DNA of 64,000 nucleotides from Escherichia coli (GTDB lineage Bacteria; Pseudomonadota; Gammaproteobacteria; Enterobacterales; Enterobacteriaceae): NCBI RefSeq assembly GCF_003790525.1, contig NZ_CP033635.1; one strand, 5' to 3'. Shown piece by piece: positions 62,959 to 64,000 of this stretch (position 1 is its first letter; each line of letters starts with the position of its first letter). The notes under the pieces were generated by a model. It saw only the letters and a program-made list of their open reading frames with translations, ran no database searches and was not told where the DNA came from. The position numbers and the translations under genes were made by a program.

Positions 62959-63032
62959 TTTATCTCCTTAAAACAATAAAGTTTTTATCGATACTTTTTT
63001 AACATTTCACATTTATAATTTGCTGTTTATTT

Positions 63033-63230
63033 TCAGTCTTGCAAACTATTGATAATGAAATGTGTAAGATCTCTTGCCATGCGACCCATTTCTGAAATGC
63101 CCTGCTGATCAATTGCCGAAAAAATGGCTATCAACGTAAGTGTCAGCAACAAGACAACCACAATTACAGACATGATTTCTTTATAGTTGTCTCTTTGCAT
63201 GATTTTGTTTTTCACTGTGGTCGCATGCAT
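63033..63230 (-). CDS. safA: Small membrane protein SafA (connector between EvgS/EvgA and PhoQ/PhoP)
   Basis: 65-aa single-TM product MHATTVKNKIMQRDNYKEIMSVIVVVLLLTLTLIAIFSAIDQQGISEMGRMARDLTHFIINSLQD. Confidence 0.85.
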   Translation of the reverse strand: MHATTVKNKIMQRDNYKEIMSVIVVVLLLTLTLIAIFSAIDQQGISEMGRMARDLTHFIINSLQD

Positions 63231-63341
63231 TTCAAATGTGTTTATTTAGCGGATAACGTTAAAAATCGTTAATCAGTATGATTAATATAACAGGCTGGAT
63301 AAAAGAGGAAATAGGACTGGCACTTCAGTACTGAGCGGAGT

Positions 63342-63359
63342 TTCTTACAACTGTAGGCA
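63342..63359. promoter_or_regulatory. Candidate EvgA box upstream of safA-ydeO
   Basis: ttcttaca-ac-tgtaggca, a near-palindromic match to the EvgA inverted-repeat site, about 110 bp upstream of the safA ATG. Confidence 0.5.
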
Positions 63360-63477
63360 GAGGTTTATATCTTATAGTGTGTAGTTTAATTTAATCCATG
63401 TGAGCAAATTGCGCGATAATAGTCAATGAGGAATTCTTCTGCTGTGCGGATGACAGCAGAAGAAATGAGGAGGCGAA

Positions 63478-64000
63478 TTAATTTGATGGCTCTAATTCAA
63501 CAGGAATACTTTTATAGCCAGGAATGCCACTTAATGGATCGTGGTTATCAAGTGTTAGCATGTGATTCGATTCTGGAAAATAGGTCACCAGTGAGCGGTC
63601 AGCCATAGGGTAAATGACCACTTTTAATCTATCCATGCGTCGTGAGCTACGTTTACCGTCTGGCGTGAGTGCAATAAGATTAACTCTTTCGCCGTTTTTT
63701 ACACGGCAAATTTTAGCTTGTTTAGCACTCATAAAGACCACATCTCGTTGACCGAATACACCTCGATAGCGATCATCCATACCATAAATCGTCGTGTTGT
63801 ACTGATCGTGGCTGCGTACTGTCGCCATGACCAGTTTACTGTTAAACGCTGAAGAGGGATCTTCTAACAGCCCTTTGCTGGTAATGAAATTAGCCTTACC
63901 TGACGGCGTCATCCAGCGCCTTTCAGCAGCTGCGTTTATCAGGTGAAAACCACCAGGATGACGGATGCGCTGGTTATAGTCGGCAAACTCTGGCAGCACA
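63478..64000 (-). CDS. ydeP: Acid-resistance molybdopterin oxidoreductase YdeP, 3' end (gene continues past the window)
   Basis: Minus-strand ORF open to the window edge; C-terminal 173 aa of a formate-dehydrogenase-like oxidoreductase in the conserved position after safA. Confidence 0.8.

Noticed and set aside
1-64000. Search for a CRISPR array, tRNA or rRNA genes, integrase or prophage genes, or restriction-modification or other defence modules
   Set aside because: No spaced direct-repeat array, no tRNA-like cloverleaf candidates next to the islets, and no integrase, recombinase or phage structural ORFs were seen. The only mobile element is IS1.

Overview
This window is an Escherichia coli-type (Enterobacteriaceae) chromosomal segment, colinear with the K-12 mcbR–ydeP region. 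All calls are from reading the sequence and ORF track; no database search was run, and gene names and K-12 comparisons come from recalled sequence knowledge. Gene order: mcbR (3' end), yncD, yncE, ansP, yncG, then a strain-variable block (a GGDEF diguanylate cyclase split by a complete IS1, and a secreted MBL-fold alkyl sulfatase), then pptA, yddH, nhoA, yddE, narU-narZYWV, two tandem leucine-rich-repeat proteins plus an intact porin, yddG, fdnGHI, yddM, adhP, maeA, sra, bdm, osmC, ddpXABCDF, dosCP, yddW, gadBC, pqqL-yddB-yddA, ydeM-ydeN, ydeO, safA and the 3' end of ydeP. Most of it is conserved core genome. The most unusual content is (1) the AT-rich pair of NEL-less IpaH/YopM-like LRR proteins beside a porin, (2) the IS1-inactivated diguanylate cyclase next to an alkyl sulfatase where K-12 carries an Rhs remnant, and (3) a premature amber codon in yddE. 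No CRISPR array, tRNA/rRNA gene or prophage was seen, and I did not find a clearly undescribed multi-gene system beyond the LRR/porin island.
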